From the NCBI RefSeq assembly GCF_964204645.1, contig NC_134025.1:29678299-29742298 (forward strand): a stretch of DNA of 64,000 nucleotides, given 5' to 3'. The notes beneath the pieces were generated by a model that saw only the letters and a program-made list of their open reading frames with translations, searched no databases and was not told the origin of the DNA. Made by a program: the position numbers and the translations under genes. Each line of letters opens with the position of its first letter. The stretch's first letter is position 1. Below are positions 11,501 through 23,600 of the stretch, in pieces. Source of the stretch: Tubulanus polymorphus (taxonomy: Eukaryota > Animalia > Nemertea).

Positions 11501-14500
11501 AGGATCTCATTCTGTTTGGATCATTGACTCTTTGAAGAATAGCATATATTACACTATTCTGTAATGTATGCAGCCACAGAGCAGAACTGCATCCTGTTCC
11601 TCAGAGTTGAAATAAGTCAATTTCCAATTTTTTAACCAAGGAGGTTGGAGTGTAACCAATGAGTCCGATAATTGAAGAAATAGACACCTGAGTTCAAATT
11701 CATGAAAGTCGATCAGGGTGGATGCTGATCTGGAAAAATCTTGCAAAAATCCACGAATAATGCAGGGAATTTTAAAAAATATCCTTAAGCCTGGAAAACT
11801 GTGGGAATTCGGATAAGCTGTTGACCTGAACTCAGGCAATTTTGTGTGTTAAACGTCGAAAAATTATTTACAAATGGGGGAAAGTGACAACCTTCTCATT
11901 TTCAATGAACTATGTATATCTGTATGTTGAACTGCAGGGTCCGATCTTAGGAATGAAAGCCACTTGCCCCGGGGGCAAGCATATCTGAAATTTTGCTTGC
12001 CCCCTCCAAAAACTACTTGCCCTACACAGGCAGTCAATTGGTGGCACTATCATCCGTTGTATCGAGTGGGAAAAAAAGCTTTGTGACATAAAATTCACTA
12101 GCCCGGCGGACAAGTGATAATGATAACCTACTTGTCCCGGGTATATTAGATCAGACCCTGAACTGGATCCTGATATTCTTTATTGCGTATATTTTTATAG
12201 GTCGAAGAGAAACTGAAGAATCAACGACGGATTTAAGCGAATTAATCGAAGATAAAGAAATAGCGTCGAAAGCTGTGGCATTTGTGGTGAACAGCACGAG
12301 AAAGGGCATTGTTCCGTTATGTGCAGATATCGCCAACCTGTTAGTCGACAGAAAAACGTACGTTTTTTTCTCCTCATTTCGTTTGTCTTCGCGAGATCCA
12401 TTATCGTTCAACGGCGGAATATTTTCGAAAGATCGTACGCAATGTTTCGCTCGTTCAATCGAAAGCTTTTATCGGTATTTGGATTGTATACAAACAGACG
12501 TTATTTTTAGAGTACATTTTCGAATTGTTTATTAGTATTGAAAAAAAATATCACCCGAAAGCGTTGTCCGCAGTCATTATTCGGTTGAATCATGATTATA
12601 TTATGTTCACATTAGTTATTTAGATAACTTCTTCAAATACAATAGCGCGAATTCCTCGTAAGCATTTCAATGTATGTAAATATGTGAATTTGCTGTGTAT
12701 TTTAGACATGTGAATCGGGTCTGCCCCTCGAGTGAGTGAGTGATGTGCCTCGTTTCGCGTCAATTTCACTTCTTCCGCTTCGGCCATTACTGTCCCGAAT
12801 TTATGGCAAACATTTTCATTTGAATATTCGTCGTTTCGATGTTTACAAATTCGAGCAGCTACATAAATTTAGAATGAATGAATTTTCGAGGAAATAAATC
12901 AAATACCGGGCCTATAAAAAATCATTAATGTTTTGCTAGTTGTTCAGAAATGTATATTTATAGAGCGTTATATGACTGAGTCCTGGTTATTTTCTATTGT
13001 TTATCATTTTCCCACTAAATTCAGTCACCTTTAAATTTTGCCCTTTGATTATTTGACATTCGCTGAAACTAGAGGTTACTTTAGATGACAATCTTTTTTC
13101 ATAGATATTTTTTTCATCTTTTCAGTTTGGAAAGGAAACTGACGAACCTTTCGAGAGAGAATGACGTGCTCAGATCTCAGACCGCTAGCTTACGAACGAG
13201 TCAATCAACCAGTCCAACTCCACCAACTATCGCTAATTACTGCAGCAGTGATCAGAGTAGCAGAACCAGGGTAGAGTATTTCATCCCGTTTTATTTTAGC
13301 CCGGGTTTTCCCATTTATAGCTCTTCCTTGAAATTTGCCTCAACGATTATACAACGAGCAATCTGATTGGTGCCGCCAGTTTTCGTTCGGAAAGCTGCGC
13401 ATGTACCTGCGCACCCGGTCTACTGATGCAGGGGTTCGTGCCGTGGCTGAGTGTAGCGATGCCATCAGGTTCGAGTCCCTGCAGAGGGAGGATGGTAACA
13501 AGCAGGAGTCAGATGGATGTAGAGTATCACACAATAAGTACCAAAAATGATATAGGCCCTATATAGTGAGTGCGAAAGTGTTTTTTTTTTAGCTAGTCGT
13601 ATATTCAATGGGAAATTGAAGTTTATTCGAAGCAGAAAATTTTCATACGCTTCTTTCACCTCTGCGAGAGGAGAGGAATAAAATTTGGTTTTTGATTTTT
13701 CAGGAGAAGGGCTACCGTCCTTGTTCGCGCTGTAGCCAATGTTCCAGCAGTCTCCATAGTAACTCGCCACAATTCGACAAGATGCCGCGTGCGTCATCGC
13801 CAAACAGTTCAATAGACAGTTTAAATAGACAGAAACAACGACAACGACAGTATTCGACAACATCAACTAAAAAACATCATCATAGAAAACACTCGTTACC
13901 TGATATAACTAATGATACTGTAGCGACTGTCAGGTAATTTCTACCGGTTATATAGACCCCCATTTTCACTGTATCCCAGCATACCAAATGTACTAGATTA
14001 TTATTTTGTGAAGTAAATGCAGTAATTTAGTTAGTAATTATATAATGTTAAGAAATGAACAAATTTGATTTTCAAAGGGTAAGTAATTTAACCCTATAGT
14101 GAAATTGTAACCATGGACCTGGTTCAAATGTCTCATGATTTATGTGTGAATTTCAACCAATCGTCCTCGACATTCTGAAACATGTTTTCGATTTGTAAAA
14201 TTTGCGATCACGCCACCGGCATCTTATCATCTTGATTTTAAATAACAAAACATTTCAAGAGATTTAACAATAGATGCTTCGGAATCGTGTGACTTCACAA
14301 TCAGCGGACAACATCACGCCACTTTTTCTTATCTCGCAACCATGTACTTGAAATATCAATTGAAAAAACATTTTCGAGGACCCATGATTCTAATCAGCAC
14401 GATAGAATTGACTTTTATCAATAAAGACCATGGAAATTTCCATAGAATGTCGGAAAGTTTTTCAAAAATATTTGTAAATAGTTTGTAAATCAAGTCTAGA

Positions 14501-17500
14501 CTTACGATTTTGGAAAGTTACATTGAATTCAGCTGTTAATGAAATGATCTTTATGTCGGGCAAATAGAATTGTTGAACTTAATTCTTGACCTTAAATTGA
14601 TAATTGATTCAGTAAACACTCAAATAGAGAATAACACGTATGGAATATTGAGAGTTTGCCAAAATATTGTGAATTTTATTGACACTCGTTTAATTGATTT
14701 GAATACGAGTAGAAGATCACGCCACCTGAAGCTTATCTTTATGACATTTAAAAAAAAGTAATAGGCTTGTTGTGGAGATATTTGTGGTAATCGTCTAATA
14801 GTGATTATGATCATTTTAAGTGCATCAGAGCAGTATGAAATCAAGTGTTGACAACTGTTTAAAAGTTTGAATTCATTTCATTGCCAAATTCATCGTAACT
14901 GCGTAGCTGTGTTCGTATCTTAAAGCTGTTATTCTTGGCATGAACATATTTAAATTTCTTTCATTCACATTGTTTATGAGTAGAGAGCCAAAAGTCCTGA
15001 TTAAACTCAATATTTTCTAAGCCTCAAAAATTGGGAAAACTATTTTATGATTTGCTTTCATTGGGTATGAAATAGTTTTATGAAGATCTACGTAACTGAA
15101 GCCAGTTTCACTGTTCACAATTCTACTTATAAAGACTTAAAATATGTTTGTTTTCAATGTTTTTATGTTGCCAAGTTAATTTTACCGAGAAACGTTAAAG
15201 TTGGTACTGAAATGGCTATTAACTGAATTGTCTTATAGAAATGTTCCAGTTCTTCTCGTTTTTCTCATTATTTTAGTTACGACTATAAAACTTGTCCCTG
15301 AACTCGAATCAATGGTATCGTTTGAATTAATACAGATAACCCGCTGATTTAGACTTGTTATTAGTTCATTTCATAGAATTAATGCCAGCTTTAGGCGTAA
15401 ACAAACCCCCGGCAGATCATAAAAGTCAGTTATTACTTAACGAGAAGATTACGATTTCGTTCACAGAGGCTTGACCAGAGTCGCCAGTATCGAAGCGAAT
15501 TCATACAATGTTTATACGATTATATTTCGCCCTGAAATTTGCGAACATGAATCACAGTGAAGTAGTTGAAATTACGATTCAACGCCGCGTTATTTATGTA
15601 TATCTGTATATAGAGTTCGGTTCACTGATTTTATTGCTAAATAACCGACAATTGAAGTAAGTTTTCAACTGTGTCGTCGTTGGTTGTCGGTGTCGTGGTG
15701 TGATCTGCAATGAATGTATTAATTGAATGGCTTTTATTGCACTTGTAGAAAGAGCGAGCGTTTAAAACATGACCGCACTATAATAATATCGATTCATACG
15801 TTCCCATGATATTAAATTAAAAATCTGTGATTTTTATTGTCGATTCTGTCAGATTTTATGATGATTTTCACATTTCTCCGAGGCGTTTCGTGAAATAATC
15901 ATTGTACTTTTTGATTAGTTTTTTTTCCCTCATACGTCCTATTAACGATAGTTCATTTAGTACGAAATGTGTGAAAATACAAGATTACATCACGCTCTGA
16001 TTGTGTTTGTATATTTTCAGTCCTATCGCTCGAACGTCGAAAGAAGTTCAATGTACTATAATTGGTTCCGATGCCGACTATAAATTAGAGGAACAATTTA
16101 GAGAAAGTAAGCAAATATTCATGTACTGGCACCAACAACTTCAGTTTGTTGTTCAACCACGATCACACGAATGATGATTTGGCCCGAGTCAAACTGGTCC
16201 GGATTAGATTCGAGTCAAATTAGTCCCGTGTCTTATTAGACAGCCGCGTAAATCACTGACTCGTTAGTAAAATGTTATCAAAATGATGCTGTGGCAAGTG
16301 AGGTGAGTCACTTCCAGAACCAGTTAGCATTCATACGGTATAATTTCAACCCATTTTGGTTGGGCCAAACAGGCGCCGACTCGTTTGGCACTGGTGTGAA
16401 CGGTTGATGGAGGCTTTATCTCTGGCTCGTGTGATCGCAGGTAGAAGGAGACCCTAACCTCATCAGTATCAGCGTTAATTCATTTTCACTGTTAAATTGT
16501 AGCTGTAAGACTTAACGCGAGACTTGCTGAAGAATTAGGAGCCTGTAGAATGGAAGTAGAAATATTAACCGGACGATTGAAAGAATTAGAGGTAATATTG
16601 TCAAACTTACTGCTGGTTTTGCTTCAGCTGTGTTCGAATTTATGAAATATTTAATGAACACCGGACTCAGTTTCACTATACAGAGCGGCATGCCCGTTAT
16701 GCTGCGTTCTGAGGTAGAATTTTCCAAAATTCTAAAATCATCTCTAGCATTTTAGGGTACAAAACTGTCAGCACTGAAAGGGTTGCATAGATTTAATTTT
16801 TTCCTGTATTCAGATCACCTCAAATCGACTTTTAAGAATAATCCATTTGTGTGAAACTGATCCCCGGGCTGTACATAACATAATTATTGAATTCTGGTAT
16901 ATTTTTCATTTTAGATGAATAATTTAGCACGACAATATACAGACAATCGACATATGGAAAACGAAACTACAATATCATATTTTGATGAAGTTAACCATGC
17001 AATCTTGCCTATAATTGACCACTCCAATCACCATCCACATAGGTAAAATATACAGCTGACTATTAGAGTACAGTGACTGATTCAGTTGGAGGGAGATATG
17101 TATAGATATATTATACTAAAAAAACTCAGATTAATCAGTCTATTAAATCTACTGAATAGGATTCTGAAACTTCAATTATCGATATTATTATTTATACTTG
17201 TTTGTTGTATGAAATTAAGCGGAATGTTTTAAATCCGTTCAATTTCAGTTCAAAAAAGTCAAAATCTACGAAAAAGAGCAGTAAAGAGTCATTACCTGTT
17301 CCTGGTAAGAGTGTTGTATTAATACATGGTTGTAAATGTGCGAACTGTGATGGTAAATCTGTTCATAATGATATGAAATTCCCTATAAAGTGAGTATTGT
17401 GTAGACTAGGTCTCGAGCAATTCACCGTAAAATACTGTTTATTTCAACATTAACTTGATTTTGTTGTTTTTTTAGTGAGAAAGAGAATGTTGAAGTTGGC

Positions 17501-18353
17501 GACCATGTTGTCGTACGAGGCAATCGAACCGGATTTATTCGATATATCGGACATTTAGATAAAATATCACAACCTCAAATAATATTCATCGGTTTAGAGT
17601 TAGACGCGCCAGGTATTTACAACCAGAGATCTTACATCAGTTTTTTTAAATTTTGTAACATTAGATGGATTTTGATTAAGTGTTTCTGTCATTTAACAGT
17701 CGGTAGACATGACGGATGTCTGGATGGAAAACGTTATTTCCAGTGTAAAAAGGAATATGGTGTTTTTCTTACTTTACAAGATGTTGTTTGCATAATCAGT
17801 AAAAAAGTGAGTATTAATATGATCATTATTGCTCTATTCAGCGCTAGACACTAAAAAATTAAATATCTATTAAAGGCACTTATAACATTTAAAACAGTAT
17901 ATGAAATTCAAAATATAACTAGATAAGCCACATCCCTAGGGCGGGTTCAAAAGTATGTACTCCACTACTCCCGATTTTCTGATTTTCCGCAATGTAGAGT
18001 GTCGAGCCAAAAATCTTTAAAACTGAAAATAACCCCCAAGTTTTATTAATCTGCGTATTTCAGGTCTCAAAACGCCCTCATTCGTTTGAGAGTAAGAAGA
18101 AATCCTCTTCATCGGACAATGACTCCAAAGGTCGCAACACGAAAATTTCTTTGAAACGAGAAAAATCTGACAAGTCTGGTCATTCGGATAAAAAATCCTA
18201 TAAATCAGATGCTAAAATTGAAATCGGGTAAATATCGATACCATAAAACAGTTCAATAAAACTGCCTCAGTTTTAATCTAAATCTTTAATTTATGTTGTT
18301 TGTATTTCAGGGAATCTTCTCATTCGACTCCGTACGATTTTGTGGACATTTGA
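5600..18353 (+). CDS. Uncharacterised coiled-coil protein with a single C-proximal CAP-Gly domain (12 coding exons)
   Basis: Phase-consistent exon chain 5600-5729, 12201-12357, 13126-13270, 13704-13933, 16021-16106, 16503-16591, 16915-17042, 17249-17389, 17476-17612, 17700-17806, 18064-18227, 18311-18353 (TGA). CAP-Gly sequence VEVGDHVVVRGNRTGFIRYIG...FIGLELDAPVGRHDGCLDGKRYFQCKKEYGVF. Coiled-coil-like LERKLTNLSRENDVLR and LNARLAEELGACRMEVEILTGRLKELE. AATAAA at 19671-19676. Confidence 0.85.
8885..9011 (+). CDS. Candidate alternative first coding exon of the CAP-Gly gene
   Basis: ATG at 8885 (MPVGITLVEQWNRPYMSQGLDSSGLGRSTGTLSDVPSLPSVS) ends at a phase-1 donor (TCAG|gtaga) compatible with exon 12201. 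CCAAT at about 8670 and TTTATAAA at about 8718 lie upstream. Confidence 0.5.
10275..10347. repeat. Tandem repeat, 15-bp unit ctcagatcgacccct, about 5 copies
   Basis: Read directly from the sequence. Confidence 0.9.
10694..11376. repeat. GT-rich minisatellite, 50-bp unit built from ten pentamers
   Basis: Unit GTGGC AGCGT GTCAT GTGGC GTTGC TTGGC GTGGT GCGGT GTTGT GTGGT, about 13-14 copies. It explains the spurious C/V/W-rich ORFs. Confidence 0.95.
11935..12160. mobile_element. hAT-like MITE with a 5-bp target-site duplication
   Basis: TIRs CAGGGTCCGATCT and AGATCAGACCCTG, flanked on both sides by aactg. Confidence 0.75.
16157..16442. mobile_element. Probable MITE in a CAP-Gly gene intron
   Basis: Inverted ends accacgatcacacga and tcgtgtgatcgcaggt, with internal repeats of cgagtcaaa. 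Confidence 0.5.
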
Positions 18354-20624
18354 AACAATGTGTAAATAATCATCAGCTCAACGTGGGGAAAAGCTAATAT
18401 CTGACTGGAAATACTCGACCTTGAGACCTCATGAAACTGAGTACCTGATACTTGTGACTCGTGCCTTGTGATTCATTGCGACCACGATTCGTTGCGTCTA
18501 CCAGCAATGATCGCATCGCGATGACCCATCGAGGTGCATGTGCTATGCTACTTTCTGCATCCCGACTGATGACTTGCGACTGACAGAGTAGGTAGTCACA
18601 CACCACCGCCGGTCGCAACTAATTGCGTTGCAAGTCGACCTATTGACTTTATTGACTCCGATACTGCGGTGCTTGGTCAGCTGACTCAAACGACTTACTC
18701 ATTGTAGTATTGGCAATATTAGTGCTTTATTGGTTGTGATCGAGAAATATAACTCAAACTGAAGATCGGTACAAAACTCGGTGTAGATCAGATCATTCTA
18801 TGTTTTATTACATGTAAATGTATGTAATTAATGCACATTTTGTTCTTTTATTTAGCCATCATGGTCTACATGGTTTTCGCGTGTATTTTTTTCGAGTGTT
18901 ATTTTGTTTATTTGAAAAAAAATCGAAACAAAAATGAACTCATGTCAAAAGTTCATTTTGGTGAAATTTCATATGATTCATATATATGTATATAATATAT
19001 TTGTTTCCATATAAAAAGACAAATCCATGATGGTAAAAGTATTAGTTTCACTAACTGTTTTATATTTAGTATTTATTTCTGTATATTTTGTTGACATATA
19101 ATACGCATTTCACCAGTTACTGATAGTTTTGTTAATCGTGGATAGATGTCACTAGCTAGCAGCTGCTCACTGTGGCCTCAATCCCTGAGAGAGAGGGATT
19201 GAAATGGGCATAATGTTCCTGGACCACTGGAAGTATCAAGCTGAAATGTTTAAATGATATAACAGAGCTTTGGTTAATATATTTAGGGTGGGTTTTAAAT
19301 GTAATTGATTTTTTCTAACCATTTCGACCTGTTTTGGCCCTCGTCAAAACCAAACTGTTTTTTTAACCTTGAAAAGTATGTATTTTTTTTCGGTTTGACA
19401 TTTTCAGTATTGATTAAAAATATGATCGAAGAACTCTTTATGAAATAGAGAGGGAAAATTCAGCACAAATTCTGTATTTTTAAAACTATGTATAATGAAG
19501 TTTACTGTATGTATATGGATTGATTTGATGTAAATGACTCTGTTGTTCCCTTTAAAGTTTAGATTAAGTTCTGAAAAAATGGCAGTGAGTTAGAGGTGTG
19601 ACCTTCTATGACTGTATCTATGATTCTGTGTTTGCAATCCAAGTGCTGGCACCTCTGAATAATAGCAAAAAATAAATAATTGGAAAAAATATCGCCCTTT
19701 TTAATTTATTGTTGCTGTTTTTGGTTTAATTGGCGTTATTATTGAGAAGCAGGGTGATGGTTTGATTGAGGAAAACTGTGCCATGAAGCTTGGACCAGTG
19801 GAAAAGTTATCCTGCGAAAAAAAAACACTGCAGGACCGCTCAGTATTTGGCACCTATTTCCTTACCAGGACGTGGCGCCCTCTTCAGTGATTTCTCAACA
19901 CTAATACCATGCAAAACGTTCATTTAAAGGCGTTTCTGGCCTGCCAGCTGCTAGACGATCCCCATTAATGACATTCGGGCGAGCTAATTTTAGATAGTTG
20001 GTTGTAGTGTAACTGAAATCTCAAAAATATAGCTGCTGGAATGAGAAAAGTTACTTCATCAATTATTCAGCCACGTGCTTTTGTGTGGGCCAAGCCAATT
20101 AAAGAGTTTCTGTATCCCCAGCTTTGTTTACATCGGGCGTCGCACCTCTTGAAATATCAATATGATTATGATAATTAAAAGTTTGTTAAATCTGATTATA
20201 AGGCATCACCTTTCGTGCATGGAACATAAGTGAAGCCGTAAGAATTGCTGTATTTTCATGAATATAAAAGGGAACTGGAAACTGCTGGCGCTCTAATCGA
20301 AGTGGGAGAGCTGTCAATCAAGCACAAACCCTCCAGCTGAATCACTGTCGAAAATTGTTCCGCGTTGAACGTTCAAACTCGAATTCACGGATAGAAGCTT
20401 TTAGTTTTATCACCGATAAAATTGAAATCTGATATCAATTTTTGATTACCTTTAGTCAGAGATATCTGTTTATTCTTGTTATCGGAAAAACTGTACGGAT
20501 CAGTAGAAATAGTGCGCGCGGATGTAGTGTTATTCGGGTAGAGAGGCGGTGCATTCTACTCTGATCTTCTCGGTGGTAAACTTTACTGGATTTACCTTCA
20601 TTTTAGACGTTTAAAAGCTTCCAA

Positions 20625-23600
20625 ATGTCGACAGTGAATGTAAAGAGGGAGTATTTAGTTCCATCGAGCAATTCACAGGTAAATACGATCGATTTAAAGC
20701 GTGTATTCGGCGAAAATGTGTTTCAATTCCACACCACCCGATTCATTTTTAACCCCGCCTTTTTGCGTTATTGTAGGACATACAACCGTCCCCTTTAGCG
20801 TTGCTGGCGGCCACATGTAGCAAAATAGGTGCACCCTCTGCTGAACAAGACGCCTCTCAACAACAACAACAAAATACCAGCAGTGCACAGGGACAACAAC
20901 AGCAGCAATTAAGAATAGTTGGACAAAATCAAATTATTCAGTTACAAGCAAATGATTTGGCTTCAGCTCAGAATTGGATTCAGCAGTTGTCATCGGCTAA
21001 TGTCGTAGATATAACTGGAAAACCAGTTCAACTCGGGCAACAGCAACAAGCGATACAAGTCACTTCAACTCAGAATAATCAGCATCAACAGTTTGTCCAG
21101 TCGGGACAAACTCAAGTGATAACCGGTACAGCTGGTGGTGCTGCTGGGGGCAGTTTCAGTATGACCGTACCCCCTACCCCTCAACAACAGCAGGTTCCTC
21201 AATTTCAAACTGTCAACATCGAAGGACAAGAATATCTGATACCGGTAGCTAACCCTACCCCGGCGCCTCAACCCCAACCCGCTGCCGCCATGTTAGGTAG
21301 CAACGCTCAAACGTTTATAACCCCGTCGGGACAAGTGATACGAGCCCCGGTCACGATGCAAGGTCTACCCGGATTGAATCTCGGTAATATTCAACAAGTC
21401 GCGACTCCCGGAATTTCAAACCTGGCTCAGGGCACGGCGGCGTTTACCGGGGCTGGGAATGTGTTAAACGTGGCCGGTTTACAGAATGTCTCTGTTCGAC
21501 CGATGAACGCCGGCGGGAATTTAGTACAAACTATTCAAATGCAACCTCCGCAAGTTCAAACAATTCCGGTTCAAATTCCGGTGTCAACGGCGACTGGTCA
21601 GACAGTGTTACAGACCGTACAGGTTCCCGTTCAGACAGTCGGACCTCCGAATATTCAAAACTTTCAAAATGGTATGATTATGGGTAGCATAGCGAATAAT
21701 GCCGGAATGATATTCTCTCCAACAATGAACACCCCGGTCGCCACGCCGACCAATCATCAACAAGTGACATCAGTCGGTGCAGCGGAACAGCAGCAGCAGC
21801 AGGTGCAGGCGGCAACTGAGCCGAATAATGGAACTACAACTCCGAAATCAGATGTTCACCAATCGCAGACATCCGCTGAAAACGCAGCCAATCAGCAACA
21901 AGCGCAGGTCACTGCGCTTCAAAATGTTATCAGTCCGATGGGCGGTAGTATAATCATGACGTCACCACCAGGGGGCGCCGGCGGTAATACCGGTCTAACG
22001 ATACCGACATTTCCCGCGAACAATTTGTTGTACAGCATGTCGGGGGCGGGAACGAGTAACCAGAACGTGATAACGATCTCGATGCCTCAAACGGATACCA
22101 CGACCACGTCATCGGTATCAAATCCGATACAGTCGGTACCGATGCAGAGTATCCTCTCGTCTCCGCAGATCATTCAAACGATTAACGGACAGAACGCGAT
22201 TCAGATACCGCAGGGACAGATGCTCGCGCAGACTCCGTTCGGGCTGCAGGCCGTAAACGTGCGTCCGACTGCGGCGAACTTTCAGATGCAGAATCATCAG
22301 AACCTGGCAGCGGCGGCCGGTTTACAGAACTTACACGGATTCCAGGGAGTTCAGACGTTAACGCAGGCGCCGCAGTATTTCAACGCGGCGGGCAATACGA
22401 TACAAACATTGGGCACGACGACCCTGCCGTTCTCGGGCGCGGGTAGCGTGGCTAATCTCGGCACGTTGCAGCAATTAACTCCTCAAGTGCAGATGTTATC
22501 GGGTCAGAATCAAACGCTTCAAACGATCACGACAGCACCGGTCATCGGTAAGTTATACATCTTTCTATTTTCTGGGATTCTTCCAGCTCTGGGCAAATCG
22601 GGGAATTCTGACTTTTTCTTGAAAAAATGTGGAATTTGAATTTTTTAGTGTCTTGTGGTTCTTGCTATCTGTAAAGTGGCACGAGGAACCTCTTTTTGAC
22701 ATTAAAGATATCTCGCATGATTTATTGACAATTTTTGGTTAAGCATCAGGTCATTTTGGATTCCCCGATCAGTGAAAGCTATTATTTGTTTCAAATCTTT
22801 GCATTCTATTCAAATCGTCACACGTTCATACAACTAGTTCTGCTGTAATCAGGGTTTTTTGGTGTCGATAAAAAGTACGTTTCAGCGAATGATGAAATAT
22901 CTTTTGATTCTTCGGACGTTGTGAAAGTTAAACCGCGTTTCTTTGACAGAGGTTTTCCTTTCTATCGTCGTCGAGCCAACTCCAGCCTCCTCTATCACCA
23001 TGGTAACCAGTGGACGTATCGACTAGCTGGTACCGGTGATAGCGTGTGTCGTGTGTTTCTAATGTTGGAGGCGTGCGTTAAATTCTCTAGTGATTAATAC
23101 AATATTCATGTATAGCCGAGGAGCGATAGTGGGAGAGAGAGACGCGATCATTTTACTATTTCATTATACACTTTCAAATGTTGCTTACCGGTATTTGTAT
23201 CATCGAGGCTAATATTTCAAGAGAGTATCATCTCGGGATACATCCAGAACCTTTCTATTCAAAGGCATCAAAGTTTCATATATTAATCGCAGTTGGGCTG
23301 TAAGTTTCTGATGAAGGAAATACATGAAAGAATTTAACATCTTCTTTAGTGAAATCAGAAATTTCTTTTTTGTACTTTGCTCGTATAGTTTCATTGCAAT
23401 TTTTAACCCCTACAAAAGATCCTCATTCCATTTTAAAGATATTTGATTACCCACAAAAAAAAGGTTTATTCAATAATTTTATCAGTTAAATCAAAACGAA
23501 TTACGTAAAAGCTTTATTTTAGACTCGATACACATTTAAGACTTAAGACTCTCGGTTTGTTTTTTGATAAAGTTCACTCTAAAATCTATGTCTTGTCTAA

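Noticed and set aside
10668-11535. Overlapping Cys/Val/Trp-rich ORFs up to 278 aa
   Set aside because: They are artefacts of a stop-free minisatellite that is open in several frames.
13440-13490. tRNA gene
   Set aside because: A- and B-box-like motifs are too close together, and I could not draw an anticodon arm or cloverleaf. Kept only as a Pol III-like element.
18351-18720. Selenocysteine read-through of the CAP-Gly gene TGA with a SECIS in the GC-richer 3' UTR
   Set aside because: Read-through adds only three residues before TAA, and I could not form a SECIS stem with the ATGA/GA quartet and apical AA.
20801-22639. 612-aa ORF as a stand-alone gene
   Set aside because: It is exon 2 of Sp1-4 (20777-22547) running on into the intron.
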